From assembly GCA_965235115.1 (NCBI GenBank), contig OZ249436.1, positions 50,160,001 to 50,224,000 of the forward strand: 64,000 nt of DNA, in the 5' to 3' direction. The stretch comes from Laetmonice hystrix. Its lineage: Eukaryota. Shown here one piece after another: positions 13,350 through 27,299 of the stretch. A program made the translations under genes and the position numbers. Every line of letters starts with the position of its first letter. Position 1 is the stretch's first letter. The notes under the pieces were generated by a model. That model had not been told where the DNA came from. It saw only the letters and a program-made list of their open reading frames with translations, and did not search any database.

Positions 13350-14990
13350 TATATGGTTTATTTTTTATACTTATGGAAAGGATACAAAACATGTTTTTGC
13401 TCATGTCGTACTCAATTTGTCAATTTGCGCAATTTGCAAATTCGTTATTTCAAATAGACCTAACCCTAAACAGGGAGCACCCGTATCTGCTGGTTTGCCC
13501 TTTTAAATTTGCCGGGTAACGAGTGACGTCAGACGACCAATCAGATTACAGCACTGTCTGAGGCGCGATTCATAAAAAATAGTTTGCATTTCTGGTTAGC
13601 CAATAGGATCATCCCGAGTAAAGTTGTCATGCCAACGAGTAGGCATTAAATCCAGACAGTGGGCGGAACAACTTTGAGTTGACAGGGTTTCAAGAACACG
13701 CACTAACTATCCCGCCCCTTAACGTTAACTCACCGTCACGGCAGAGGCCGAGACCGACAGCTAGCGCCAGCGACACCGGGCCCAGCAATCGGAACGACCG
13801 GGCCATTTCCGATTTACTTACCTTTCGGGAACTGGATTCGGCCAGTGAAAGTGTAGAAATTTGACGGTCATATGCCGGGAATCCGCCGGATATGTGATGT
13901 GCTCTCTGATCCGGCTGATCAAAAATTTAGTGCAGTCGATTGACCAACTGTTTTAGGTGTTGTGTGCATATAAATAAGTTTTCACCTACGGTACATGTTG
14001 ATAATGAGCAAACAAGTAACAGGTTCACATAATTTGATGTCACAATGCGATTTGAACAGTCCGACTTTTACCATAATGGGGGCGACCACACGATGACAAC
14101 ACGTACACTCGGCACTATCTTCACTGACTGACGTCATGTCTCGGCTGTACGACGAAGGTCGCCATGTTGGGGGGTGGGGTGGGTGGGCGGCTAGGTCGGG
14201 ACCACTGGCCCAGATGTAGGCAACAGCAAACTCGCGCGGTGCCGCCGTGCGAAAATGGAGAACTCCCATATGTCGGTCTTTACAGAGTTACAATATCTGG
14301 CTTTCCTCCCAGATGAAGAAGAGACTGTTTCGTGTCCACGGTAGAAAATTCGAGAAGGATGTATGTTGAGAAATTAGATTTGAACTAGGCCTAGCTATTT
14401 ACTGCTGTGTTCATGCGCGATGCCGCTTCACTGGGTTTTGCGCAAATCCTGGGGAAATGGCCGTTTCATACATCAGAGGCCTGTTTCGCCTCCGGATATG
14501 ACCTAGAAACAGCCAATCAGAAGCAGCGTCAGTGTTCCGGGTGGATGACAACATTGTCACAGCCATAGCCCATTCGGGAATCCTCGGCCATATCTTCGAA
14601 AGTAGCCTCGGGTGAAATAGGTGCCATTTTGAGCATTGCATCGCGGGTACATTTAGCCGGGACTCTCGACAACATGGCAGTGCTTGCAGTATTTTGTCTG
14701 CATCAGGCATGGAAGCAACTAAAATAGGCCTACAATGCTTTCCCCGAAGTCAGTGGGCAATATTACAATAGTATCATGTCATGATACAACTTAAATTACC
14801 ACATGATTACAAGTAGTCCTACCATGTGTCGGGCCAGTGTCGTACATGGGCGCGGCCATATTGCTTCCCAGAATTTGATAAATTACCGTATTGACGCCCA
14901 TTTAGGTAAATTGGGTGATTCATTTTTCTTCTTCAACATTCCCCTTCTTACCAGAAATTTATATTTGCACATACAACGCCGGAGGAGCAG

Positions 14991-15252
14991 GGCCCGGTTT
15001 TTTTGTTTACTTTTCCACCGTGAGCAAGGGTGAGCTGAGCTGAGCAAGGGTGAGCATGAGCTCATTCTCACCGTTTTCGTCTTTTTTGGGGTTCCTTTTT
15101 TCATGAGGCGTGCTCATGGTGTGCAAGCTCACGGAAAAACGCCCCAAAAAACGAAAACAGTGAGCAAAACGGTGAGCATGAGCTCATGCTCACCCTTGCT
15201 CAGCTCAGCTCACCCTTGCTCACGGTGGAAAAGTAAACAAAAAAACCGGGCC
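14991..15252. mobile_element. Palindromic MITE with CAG TSD (Harbinger-like)
   Basis: GGCCCGGTTTTTTTGTTTAC...GTAAACAAAAAAACCGGGCC, largely self-complementary. CAG on both flanks. Confidence 0.85.
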
Positions 15253-15769
15253 CAGGTGTCAATAATGCACTACTTCCTGGCTCGATGGGATATGACGGTT
15301 CACTCAGTGCCTCGCTACACACCTCCATTTGGCCGTGTGTCGGAGGTCGGAGCTTGGAGGGTAAACTTTTAAACAATTGGATAATAATTGGCTCATACGC
15401 TCTGCCCGCCCCAGATGCCGATTTGGCTCATTTTCCGGAACACATCTCTGTGTGTACATCACACCTGCAATTTCGAAACTAGTTTTTTTTTACGTCAGCC
15501 AAGCAAGATGGCGTTCTCACTGTCCGAGTCCAGTTCCCGAAAGGAAAGTAAACCGGAAATGGCTCGGTCGTTCCGATTGCGGGCCCAGCACTGAGGCCGG
15601 TGCCAGTTCAGATGTCAGCCGAAGCGAATTAAGCGACGGTCGATGCTGAAATCAGGAAAGATAAAATTTAGAATTCGCGTATTAAACCGTATATATCAAT
15701 TCAGAGGCCTACAAACTGTATTGTCAGGGAGACATATTTGTGTATCAGCGAACTAGGCAAGGCAAAACC

Positions 15770-16376
15770 TAGCCAAAGAATTCGGCTCTGTGCTCTGTAC
15801 AGAGCCGAAGATCGCTGTTCAGAATTTCCGAGCGTACCCAGACAAATCTTCTGTCTGCCATGAAAAGCCCTCCCTTGTCTCTATATGTTGATGAAATAGT
15901 GATAAATAAACTCAAAATAACTTATCTCTCATATCTGCAAGCTGGAAAAGCACGATGCGACAAAATAAAGACAGTCACATCTCTCGAACCGAGAAATTTC
16001 AATGCTCGTTGAGTGCCGCCATTACCGTCGGAGACACCCTCCAACGCAGAGCTACTTCCGCTTCGCTTTCGCTTCACACAGTAGTAAGCGAGTCTCTGCG
16101 TAGGAGAGTGCGTCGGAGAGATGCATGCTGGGATCAAAAGCAACATGGCGGCCGGTAAAACGCCGTTAAACGGGTGATCTAGACATGAATTTGACGTTGT
16201 ACTATTAAAAACACTGCTTCAGGACCCCACACACCTACTGTCGAGATAAATGGATGCCGGTGAGTTGATCAGTGCAAGCGGTGGTGGTCTGGCCTGGGTG
16301 TGGTCTGACCCGCCAGGAATTTAAGCCACTGCCTGTAAGCCTTGTTGGCTCGGCGCATGGCTTACTACGTAGGCTA
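15770..16376. mobile_element. Academ(H)-like non-autonomous element with 9-bp TSD
   Basis: TAGCC...GGCTA termini. Exact TSD GGCAAAACC at 15761-15769 and 16377-16385. The uninterrupted site is visible in the paralogous host copy near 19283. Confidence 0.75.
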
Positions 16377-18308
16377 GGCAAAACCATGCTATGTGGTAAA
16401 CGTGGCCACCCTTAATAGCGCCCCGTTAAGGATGTGGGAGAAGCCATAGAAAATTTAGCAAATGCGTAGGTTGGCTCGATTTCAACGCCGATTTCAAACC
16501 CCTGTCGCGATGTCTACTTACAACGAAATGCCCATGTTAATGTGCAAAAAAAATTCGCTAAATCATCGTGCAAGACATCGTCTATTCCGACGGTTATTTT
16601 GACTGTATTCGCGGGTACATTTAGCCGGGACTCTCGACAACATGGCAGTGCTTGCAGTATTTTGTCTGACATTTCAGGCCATTTCAGCTCCTCCGTCGCC
16701 AATTTGAAAGGAAGTCGGTTACATTTGAAAATGCGCAGTATAGAAAAACAAAATGGCGGACCTCGCGAGCAAGGCCCATAACACTTCGATAGGATTACAA
16801 AACCAGCCGTAATAATATTACAGAAGGAGCGCATTACTTCCTAGATCAGCGTTCAGACTACCCACGCTTTGCAGCGGGAACTTTCTTGCCGCTATAGCGG
16901 TAGTGAGCTTCCAAGGAACCTAGATATGATATGTTTTGGAAAAAGGAATTTCATATAATTCATTAAAATTCATGTAAATACGTCACATGAAAACAGACTT
17001 ATTGGAGAGTAAATGGACATACATGGTAATTTAATCCGGAGGGGAGTAGGAGGTTGGTTGGGGGCCTCTACGTTTAGAGAAATGCAATAGAGGGCCTATA
17101 AATAAAAATGAGGTGTTCAGTGAAGGTGTAGGGTGTAAGAATTTGATCAAATATTAATATACTGCTTGCGCTAGAGTTTCAGCGATAACCGTGCGCTTGT
17201 AATGCCCCCTGGTGGCTGCTCTCGGCAAATCCCGCGATCACATTACAGCTACCCGAGGTAAGATTTCTGCCGGCAGAGCTATTCCTTCCCTCCAGCCGGG
17301 ATATCTCGGGAGCATACCGCGGGTATTTACCTCGGGTAAGCGCGTTCACACCTGGCGCGTTCACACTATAGCCGGTATTTGCCGGCAGATTTCCCTAGTG
17401 TGAACACGGCCTTAGTTTCATTCTGATGAAATCTGTCAAACCAGGGTCTGACCGCCCACCTGTGATTTGGCAGGTGGCATTTGATTGACAGATGTCACGT
17501 CATTCAGACCAACCCTGAAGAAGATGTGCGGTAGACCTACTATAGAGAGTCTACGTGATTGCAATTTTTGACATGCAGTTTTTAAAATGGCACTATGTTT
17601 GTACGTGTTGCCCTATGTATCTCAATTTATCATGTGCAACATATTATGACACTCGGATAAAAATTGTAGAAGTTATAGTCAAGAAAAGAGTGTTCCAGTC
17701 TTTGGTGGGTTTTTGCCCACCCGATCGATATAGTGTCGGATTCGGGTGAATTCTAGGTCTTCATTCACCCCATTAAACTGACTTAACGTCCGCTGTTAAC
17801 GGAACCTGTATGCCGGAGATGGTAAGCGCTCACGAGCCCACCTGTCTTGTTCTCAAATGTTAAAAGTGAACCGATTTTTTTTAGTCCCCTTCCACCCCGT
17901 TTCCAGGTGCAGCTATTGAATACCCAGTGAGACTACCGAGTGTCTCGCTGGATTGTGCCATCCTAACTCGTGAGATTTCGCGTGATCTCGGCGCCGACCG
18001 GCTCGCTGATTACTTGCGAAGCTGAATTTTCATGGTTGTCAACGAAACACCGTCTACGGCATTTGAGGATTAACAGCTACTATTTCCTATTAGAGGATGT
18101 GAAGTGTTTGTGCCGTCGAATGAAGGCGACCTTGTAAGGATGTGCGTGTCCATAAGCTAGATTACAAATGAGGAGGAGATTACTTGGGTATAGTTGTGAC
18201 AAGATGGCCGAGCACAGCGTGTTCTGATTTCCAGACAGCCGAAAGTCGACCTGTTTACAACCCGATCGTGATGTCATCACTTCCCATTCTCATTGTCCGA
18301 GTCCAGTT

Positions 18309-18760
18309 TGGCCTGGTCCCCAGCTCTATATTGACTTCGTATATAGAGCCTGGTGAAGGCCAATCGAAGCAAGCGTTGTGATTTGCCCATCGAAAACATG
18401 GACGCAAACGAGGTAGTTCCGTACCCTCCGTATTTCTCCAACAAGATACACATATTTTCGTCAATCCCTTTAAAATACAAGTGTTAAATGTCCTCGCTTT
18501 TCTGGATGTAAACATAGCGTCACCAGTCCCCACACCTGCTACGGTCTGCATACACAGTGGCATGTTGGCCACTCCCGGCCACGCTCCAAGCAGTTCTAAG
18601 TCAATCACTCTGTTAACGCTGACCAACGGAACGGAGGCGGAAGTGATTAGCTCCGAGGCGGAAGTGCTTGGAGAAAACCACTTCCGTTTTACAGCTTTCT
18701 GTTAGCCATCACCTGGCCTAACATAGCGGATGCGTATGGTAGGCACAGGGGACCAGGCTA
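18309..18760. mobile_element. Academ(H)-like non-autonomous element, copy 1
   Basis: TIR T(G/A)GCCTGGTCCCC / GGGGACCAGGCTA. The 9-bp TSD AGTCCAGTT is restored once the two adjacent MITEs are removed. Homologous to 21848-22238. Confidence 0.8.
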
Positions 18761-18761
18761 A

Positions 18762-18890
18762 AGGGCCTGATCCCCAGACCGTTTTACGGCCAATTTTGGG
18801 ATACGGCCGATTTTTCTCCATAGTTTTCCTATGGAGAAAAATCGGCCGTATCCCAAAATCGGCCGTAAATCGGTATGGGGATCAGGCCCT
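18762..18890. mobile_element. Palindromic Harbinger-like MITE with TAA TSD
   Basis: AGGGCCTGATCCCC...GGGGATCAGGCCCT, almost fully self-complementary. TAA at 18759-18761 and 18891-18893. Confidence 0.9.
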
Positions 18891-18899
18891 TAAGTCCAG

Positions 18900-19065
18900 G
18901 GCCCGGTTTGTGATACTAAGATATCTTGCTTAAGCTTAATCTTAACGCAACTGATTGGCTAGTTGTCACCGGTTTAAACAAGGCAGCTTAAATGTGTGGC
19001 AATCAGCCAATCAGAAATGTTAAGCTTAAGCTTAAGCAAGATGTCTTAGTATCACAAACCGGGCC
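18900..19065. mobile_element. Palindromic MITE at a CWG site (Harbinger-like)
   Basis: GGCCCGGTTTGTGATACTAAGA...TCTTAGTATCACAAACCGGGCC. Flanks CAG / CTG. Confidence 0.85.
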
Positions 19066-21847
19066 CTGTTCCCGTAAACCGGAAATGGCTCGGTCGATGG
19101 CGGGCCCAGCACTGAGGCCGGTCCCAGTTCGGATGTCAGCCGAAGCGAATCAAGCGACGGTCGATGCTGAAATCAGGAAAGATAAAATTTGGAATTTCGC
19201 GTATTACCCCGTATATCAATTCAGAGGCCTACAAACTGTATTTTCAAGGAGAGACATATTTGTGTATCAGCGAACTGGGCAAGGCAAAAGCATGCTATGG
19301 GGTAGACGTGGCCACCCTTAACAGCTCCGCGTTAAGGATGTGGGAGAAGCCATAGAGAATTTACCAAATGCAACGGAAAACAGGATGCTCCTGCACGGCC
19401 ATGTTGCAATGCTGGTGTGTTTCAGGATTATTTTGCTGTGAAAACTTTTCAAATTAAATATCCACAAGGCCTCTTCCATGATTTATAAACGATTACTGAT
19501 TATCATTAGGCATTTTGAGAGACTTTTAAGCTTCATATTTAGTGAATTCATGGTCGCCAAGAAATCTTGGAGAGTCAGCGCAGACCCTTATAGGTGCGCG
19601 CACTTGGAGGGGTTTTCCGATGTAGACGATGTTGACATTAAGTTCAAATGCCGCTGTTTGCGCGTCTGCGTTAATAACCCAGCTGCGTTATTAGTTATGA
19701 AACGCACCCCGGGTGCGCTTGTCATATACATTAACCACTGTATATATATTAACCACTGTGTGTGACTTGTTTACACGTTTTTCTTGTTACATACTGGAGT
19801 GTTGTCAGAGGAAAGCCTCATGAGCCGCCTTGCACATGACACCTTTTATTTTATTGTTTAATCAGTTTGACTTTGTCTGAAATACTGCGCTTATACATCG
19901 CAAGCCCGCCATCTGGTCGACCCAAGATAATGTCTTTCTCGCAGTCAACACCAATGACATCAAGAACATGTGGTTGTCATTGATGGTTGGAGAGGTGTAG
20001 CATTATTTAGAGAGCAAATTCTCACCCCCATTGAAGCTGTCTGACGGCTTATAGTGTATTTTTTATGATTATTGTGAAGCTTCAAAGAAAGGTAACCTAA
20101 GCTGATGTATTCACACATAATTCCATCTTATACGTCGTGTGCACTCTGCACGTTTCCATCTGGACTCGGTCACAGCCTCATTCTGTCTCCATATGGACCA
20201 TAATAATCTATAGAAATAGAGAATAGAAACGCCAGCCAGTCTGGAGAGAGTTGGCAGAGGTTTATGTCTGCTCTTGTTGTTGACGAGTTTGTTACCTGAT
20301 TTGTCTGCAGTAAGACAGGGTGGTCGGGTGGAAGCCGGTCACCGACGCCAGGTCGACAGTTACCGGCAGTCAATCGCCTGTGGCAGGACGCTCGTCTTTT
20401 GTGAGAAGGAAAAGAACAATCGGTAAATGTCTTACCACACGGAACCGTGTGATGAATTTAGTGGATGATGTAGCGGCTCTGTCCGCTTGCCAGTAACAAC
20501 AATACTGTGATAAAGTGGAGGTGGTACATAGGGGCAGGGGCAGGGGCAGGGGCAGGGGCAGGGGCAGGGGCAGCAGCATCATGCAACACCTATACACAAA
20601 AGGTGGCAGTCTCGTTTCCGTTTTACAATATTTAGATGTGAGCTCAAGATTTATCATCTCCTAAAAGTAGTTTTAAAACATGCTGCCTTAACATGAAGCC
20701 GGTGTTCGGATCACTATGCATGGGGAGAAAGGTTTGGTCCACTGGAGCCTGGTCTGCGAGCGGAGACTGCCTCAAGGTAGGCCTATATTGCCGAATAATA
20801 CTCTATAAATTGAATAAGTCAATGGAGACTGGGTTAACCGTTTCTACCGTCTGCATTAAGGATGATATACGAAGAAAACCACTTGGGCAGGTCTTGCCGG
20901 AATGTAGCCTCGATCACCAGCCCCTTTTCCCCGCTAGAGGCCGCTCGTCGCTCGAAAAAGCTTGCGATCCAGCTTGCGGATATATGAGGACTGGTGGTCG
21001 GGTCTAGCCGGAATGGCGACCTGAACAAGAGCTACGTTCTGAAGGTCCTATAGTTACAACATGTAATTCTCCGCCAGATGGCATTACCATCACCCATAAC
21101 CTACCCTAGGTGGCGCTCATATCGACAACCTGAGCACTCTCTCATATATAATAAATCCCATTATTGCATAATGTCCCATATAATATACTCAACAAAAGAA
21201 GAAACGCAACACTGATGTTTCATGGGAGGAAAGGGTGGTAAAGCAGCAATGAGAAAATAGAAACACATAATTTTGAAGACGGATTTGTTGGTAACAAAAT
21301 CAGAAAGGAATGACAGAGATGGCTTAGACGGTTGCAGCACGGGCCACCCGGATGTGAGCATACTGCCATCTACAAAGTTCACAGCTCATTAGCATGTGCG
21401 GCCACCGCGCGCTGCAGGACCGTACCCTGGAGGGCTCGGGAATTCGTATGAACCTCTTTTGAAAGAAAACCTCTGTCAAAATTACGATATAGACCCCCAA
21501 TAGCTTCCTTACTTTTAACTGAAGAAACATAGGTGTGGTGTTATCCAAGTTTTTTTCTTTATAGGCGTATTTCCGCCCATCTGCAGGTGCCGCGGAAGTA
21601 GGCCCCCTAACGTCTTTAGTCCTCCAAATGGGACAATCTTCCGGGGAGGCCCCCGCCCCCTTTTATAAATCCACGGCCCTGCGCTGTGAACGCAGCCATC
21701 ATCAGCGGCGCATACTCCGAACGTCGACAACACCTTTGACCACTCCTCATGAACTAAACAGGAAATCTGTGTTCAGCAAATGAAAAACGGCGCCGATAGA
21801 AAGTTTTCAATTATTAATGTGTCCAGGGTGTTCAGTTGTCTTCTCCC

Positions 21848-22238
21848 TAGCCTGGTCCCCGAGTCTATATTGACTACGTATATAGAGCCTGGTGAAGGCT
21901 AATCGAAGCGAGCATTGTGATTGGCCCATCGAAAACATGGACGCAAACGAAGTAGTTCCGCACCCTCCGTGTTTTTCCAACAAGATACAGATATTTTTGT
22001 CAATCCCTAGTGTCATCGGTCCCCACACCTGCTTAGGCTGCTACGGTCTGCATACGCATGGGCATGTTGGCCACTCCCGGCCACGCTCCAAGCAGAAGTC
22101 GGTCACTCTGTTAACGCTGACCAACTGAACGAAAGCGGAAGGGCTTGGAGTTTAATCACTTCCGTTTCGCGGCTTTTGGTCAGCCAGCACCTGGCCTAAC
22201 ATAGCGGATGCGTCTGGTAGGCACTGGGGACCAGGCTA
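21848..22238. mobile_element. Academ(H)-like non-autonomous element, copy 2
   Basis: TAGCCTGGTCCCC / GGGGACCAGGCTA. Flanks TCTTCTCCC / TCCTCTCAC (7/9). Interior matches 18309-18760. Confidence 0.8.
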
Positions 22239-22741
22239 TCCTCTCACTGCCTTCATAATATGTCGTGCCCTCGCCTTTCTGTCAGTCTATACAGTATGGA
22301 AACCTTCAGACAAGGGCAAAACTTCTTTAAAGAGACCGAGAGAGAAATTCTTTACTATAAAGGTTTTGCTTTGTTTCTCATATAACAAGACTATTATAAA
22401 TACACTCAACCACCGTAACATAGTCACAGTATTAAGACCTATAGCTAAATCGTAAGCCCCACCCCCCCACACTCCCATCACCCACCCCCACCCCCACCAC
22501 CACCCCCACCCCCTCCGACCCGTAATTACTTCCGCCTTCTTGTTACCCTGTACTTATCTGTCAAAAATAGGTTGCATGTAGTGTGATCTTCATTAACAAC
22601 CGGCTGTGGGAACCTCTGCCTGAACGTGCAGGCCATGAAACCTCGGCCACATTTCTCTTGGATAAAATCTGGGCGTGTATCTATGGTTCATTGGGTTGTT
22701 AGTTTGAACGCATCAAACAACAAGAAAACGCATTTATTTAA

Positions 22742-23244
22742 AGGGGCATATTATGAGGAAACGTGAAAAATCGGTATTTCAAAGAACTTTTGCTGTTTTC
22801 ATAAAGAGATCCTTCATTAATATTGCTTGGTAAACAAAGACAGACTTATCAGTTTCATTTTGTGTGAGAAATCGAAGTTTATGAAGCTTCCTTGCTTTTT
22901 TAGGTGGCATTCTGATGCCGGACGATCGAGTGCAACTGCTGAATTGTTTACAACTAAGCGAAGCACGTGACTAAGCACATGCAGAGAGTGCACACGCAGG
23001 ATGTGACACAGTATGTAATTACACGGGTTAATGGGAGGTTGTCTATAGCAAATTATGGCGGGAGATGTGCTATCGGGAGAAATCTATAGGTTTGGTCGTA
23101 TAGAACCTACTTTTGCTGCATACGCAGCGAAAACACGTCGGAGGACAAAATGCTGTGGTAGGATTATTTACTTAGTCCCCTAGTACACGGTCATGTTGGA
23201 TAATCGCCGGAAATCCTCAAAAAGGTGCATTTTAGTATGCCCCT
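22742..23244. mobile_element. Kolobok-like MITE
   Basis: TTAA|AGGGGCATA ... TATGCCCCT|TTAA. Confidence 0.7.
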
Positions 23245-25517
23245 TTAATAGTTATAATAAATGCTCGTTTCTATCTTCGGTGGGTCATCCAGGGTTTTAT
23301 TAAAATGGCTATTTATGCAGAAAGTTAGGGTAACATTTCCTGTGTTGTTGTTTCTTCTTCTTCTTTTTCTTCTTCTTTCTTACTTGACGTTAGAAACAAT
23401 TTCATTATAATTAATCTCACGACCTTATTAACTTAAGGAATTAGTCTTTGCCTAAAATAAATATTTAATATTCTACAAAGACAACGTTGGCTTACCTTTA
23501 TCTTTTTAGATCGTAAAATGTATACGATTTTCAGAACAACTCACTTTCAGAAATAAATTAGGCATGACATTTATTTATGATACTTGATAATGAATGTACA
23601 TGTATAAAGTACCATCCCTCCCTTTTTCTCATACTTCCTGCTTGCCGGTAATAATTTGCCCAACACATATCAATTAACCGCTAAAAAACAAGTCCATAAA
23701 TTCAGATGTAACCGATCCCATCTTTGCGTAAGAAAACGATACTTTAATTATTTTGCACTGATATGTTGTAGTCACAGCTGGTTAAGCTTTGCACAGATGT
23801 TGTTATTAAACGCCATTCCCATTTTTAGTTTCAACCCCCTACAGATGGTCTCACTTGAAAGAGACGAACGCCCCCCCCCCCCCCCCCCTCTGGAAACACC
23901 CGTCCAGGTTCCAGGCCCTTGTTGATTGTACCCGCCAGTACCGTATCGACGAGTTGTCTGGCGATCGATAGCACTCGGTCGTCTGCCTCTGTCACATTGA
24001 TTTGACCGAATTATTGCTTTCCTCGACGTCTTCATCGTCATCCCATATCCCCGTCATCTTATCTACGTCTTGACTTTCCTTCTCATGACCGCTCAAGCCA
24101 TTTTTTCACATTAGGACCCGTGTGAGAAAGTCCACAACTCGACATTAACCCAACTGTCACCTAAACCCTCTATTTCCAATCTAAACCGCATATTTCCAAT
24201 CTAAACCGCCTATTTCCAATCTAAACCGCCTATTTCCATCTCAATGCCGATCCCGCTCCAGAACTAAATCCTGTTACCCAACAGAACAATAGACTCCATC
24301 AGAATGGCGTTTCCCTTGTAATGTTGAACTCCGGCTTAATCCTTGACCAAGCACATCACATGAGACTACGCTTTCTACTTTAAAATGGAGGATACGCTTC
24401 TGCTTGTGCTATATCAAAACAGCTAGCACTTCGTTTGACAAATCCTCCCTAGGGATTCTGGAAAATCATCTTTTATCACGGAAAAGGATCCCTCGTCTCC
24501 CGTAGAAAGTCTAGCCAAGGGCGCGGATGTAATGAAGTACCAGAATCAGATGGTGTACCGAGCTTGCACAGGCAGGAGTCATGCATGCTGCAAACCAATT
24601 GACACAAATTCCTTCCAGCTGCCTAATTAACTGCACTTGAAAGAACCCGGTCGGCCCCCATGCAAGAACTAAGTTCTACCTTGAATGAATTAAGCGTTCG
24701 ATATCTACTCTGAATACGGCTGAAATATTGTCGTCAGGGCCCCCCCCCCCCCTCCCAATTCACTCACTCACTCTACCACTATTGCAGCATCAAAGCTAAC
24801 CCAAACCTCTAAGGTCTCCCGACCTCGTTAGAAATCCTATGGCTATTCCTACAGCCTTGCCCCCTTACCATATCCCCTAACCCGCATACAGTAAAAATAT
24901 TGACCATGGGAAATATACAGAAACCCGACATAATGTTTACCCTTCATTATCGTTAAGATGTGGACAACAATCCGATGTGGCTATTAATTACTGCATGTGT
25001 AGGTAGTACACAGTGTCACAACACTACCGGATACATCATACTACGGCGCTACCTAATCACAACATGTCATTCATTTATTTCCAATGATATTGTAGCTTTC
25101 ATAAAGCGGGAAGATGTTTTATTAATTTATGGTAATAATAAAGGTTTATTGTCGGTATAGAGCTCTACGAGTCAAAATCAATGTACAAACGGTCTGGTGA
25201 CATGACCACTGCTATAATCCAGTGGCGCTAAGGTAGCTTGAGTGACAACATTGCTTTGGGACTGTTCACGGTTTCTGACCGTCACCCTCAGCTACAGTCA
25301 GGCCTGAGCTACTGTCAGACTTCTCTGGATCCGCCCCTGGATTTACACAGCGAAGGAGAACCAAAGATAAGAATATGTAAAGTGTCTAACGGTCGATGTC
25401 TTCCAAGTCGATGTCTTCAAAAGGACAGACATAGAATTAATTATCCCATTCACCCCCTTGGGGGAATGGGATTTTGAAATTGTATGGTTTCGCCTTCCTT
25501 TTTATTATTCCCGTAGC

Positions 25518-25551
<34 letters not shown>

Positions 25552-26039
25552 CTGTTAACTTTGGTATTGTTTTTCAAGATATCTCAATGAAACTTGGCAC
25601 ATAGGTTGGCCATGGCAAGGTAAGTTGACCATATGACCCATGACGTCATATGACGTAACGTCATGACGTAATGACGTAAAAACGGTTCCAGATATATAGG
25701 GCTGTATTTCATGGAAAATTAGACTTTTGGAAAAACTATTGCCATCATCATTATTGGGCAAGTAGCTAGCATAATTGTAGAGGGCAGTTTGACCTTTGAC
25801 CTTTGACCCATATGAGAACTAGGTCAAAATAAAGAAATCACTCAAATCTTTTCAACTCCCTCAAATATAAAAGCATTTCGATGAAACTGAACTCATGCAA
25901 GAACATTAGTGGGGTCAGTACAGGAACGTCGGGAATAAGCGATCTGACCTATATTAAGCGAGTCACGTGACCTCAAAGTTTAGAAAAACTGGTTAGAAGT
26001 CGGTATGTGCCTATAACTCAAGAACGGTGCAAGATAGAG

Positions 26040-27200
26040 GTTAAGTTACTGTAGAACACATATAGGAAGTCATATATGGCCTTTCAAATGACACCATTTT
26101 TATTTAGGTCACGTGACCCTACGTGACCCTATGACGTCATCGGTATTTTCAGCTAGCAGTAACTTGGAAACAGAGCCAGATAGGCCCTTAGTTACTATTG
26201 AAGACAGATAGGAAGTCATGTATGGCCTTTCAAATGACACCATTTTTATTTAGGTCACGTGACCCTACGTGACCCCATGACGTCATCGGTATTTTCAGCT
26301 AGCAGTAACTTGGGAACAGAGCCAGATAGGCCCTTAGTTACTATTGAAGACAGATAGGAAGTCATGTATGGCCTTTCAAATGACACCATTTTTATTTAGG
26401 TCACGTGACCCTACGTGACCCTATGACGTCATCAGTATTTTCAGCTAGCAGTAACTTGGAAACAGAGCCAGATAGGCCCTTAGTTACTATTGAAGACAGA
26501 TAGGAAGTCATGTATGGCCTTTCAAATGACACCATTTTTATTTAGGTCACGTGACCCTACGTGACCCTATGACGTCATCGGTATTTTCAGCTAGCAGTAA
26601 CTTGGAAACAGAGCCAGATAGGCCCTTAGTTACTATTGAAGACAGATAGGAAGTCATGTATGGCCTTTCAAATGACACCATTTTTATTTAGGTCACGTGA
26701 CCCTACGTGACCCTATGACGTCATCGGTATTTTCAGCTAGCAGTAACTTGGAAACAGAGCCAGATAGGCCCTTAGCTACTATTGAAGACACATAGGAAGT
26801 CATGCATGGCCTTTCAAAGGACACCATTTTTATTTAGGTCACGTGACCCTACGTGACCCTATGACGTCATCGGTATTTTCAGCTAGCAGTAACTTGGAAA
26901 CAGAGCCAGATAGGCCCTTAGTTACTATTGAAGACAGATAGGAAGTCATGTATGGCCTTTCAAATGACACCATTTTTATTTAGGTCACGTGACCCTACGT
27001 GACCCTATGACGTCATCGATATTTTCAGATAGCAGTAACTTGGAAACAGAACTAGATAGGCCCATAGTTGCTCTTGGGGACAGATAGGAAGTCATATGGC
27101 CTTTCAAATGACACCATTTTTTTAGGTCACGTGGCTCTACCTGACCCTATGACGTCATCGGTAATTTCAGATGACTGTAACTTGGAAAAAGAGCCAGATG
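26040..27200. repeat. 146-bp tandem array 1, about 8 near-identical copies
   Basis: CTTTCAAA anchor recurs at 26081, 26227, 26373, 26519, 26665, 26811 and 26957 (period 146). Confidence 0.95.
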
Positions 27201-27299
27201 TGTGCATGGTTACTAATTAAACTCATGGGACATCTTATATCACCTTTCATTTCCCTACTTAAATGCTGTCACGTGACCCCATCTGGCTCCATGACTCTT

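Noticed and set aside
26040..27200. 146-bp array as a CRISPR-like array
   Set aside because: Whole units are repeated with no unique spacers, there are no cas genes, and the context is eukaryotic.
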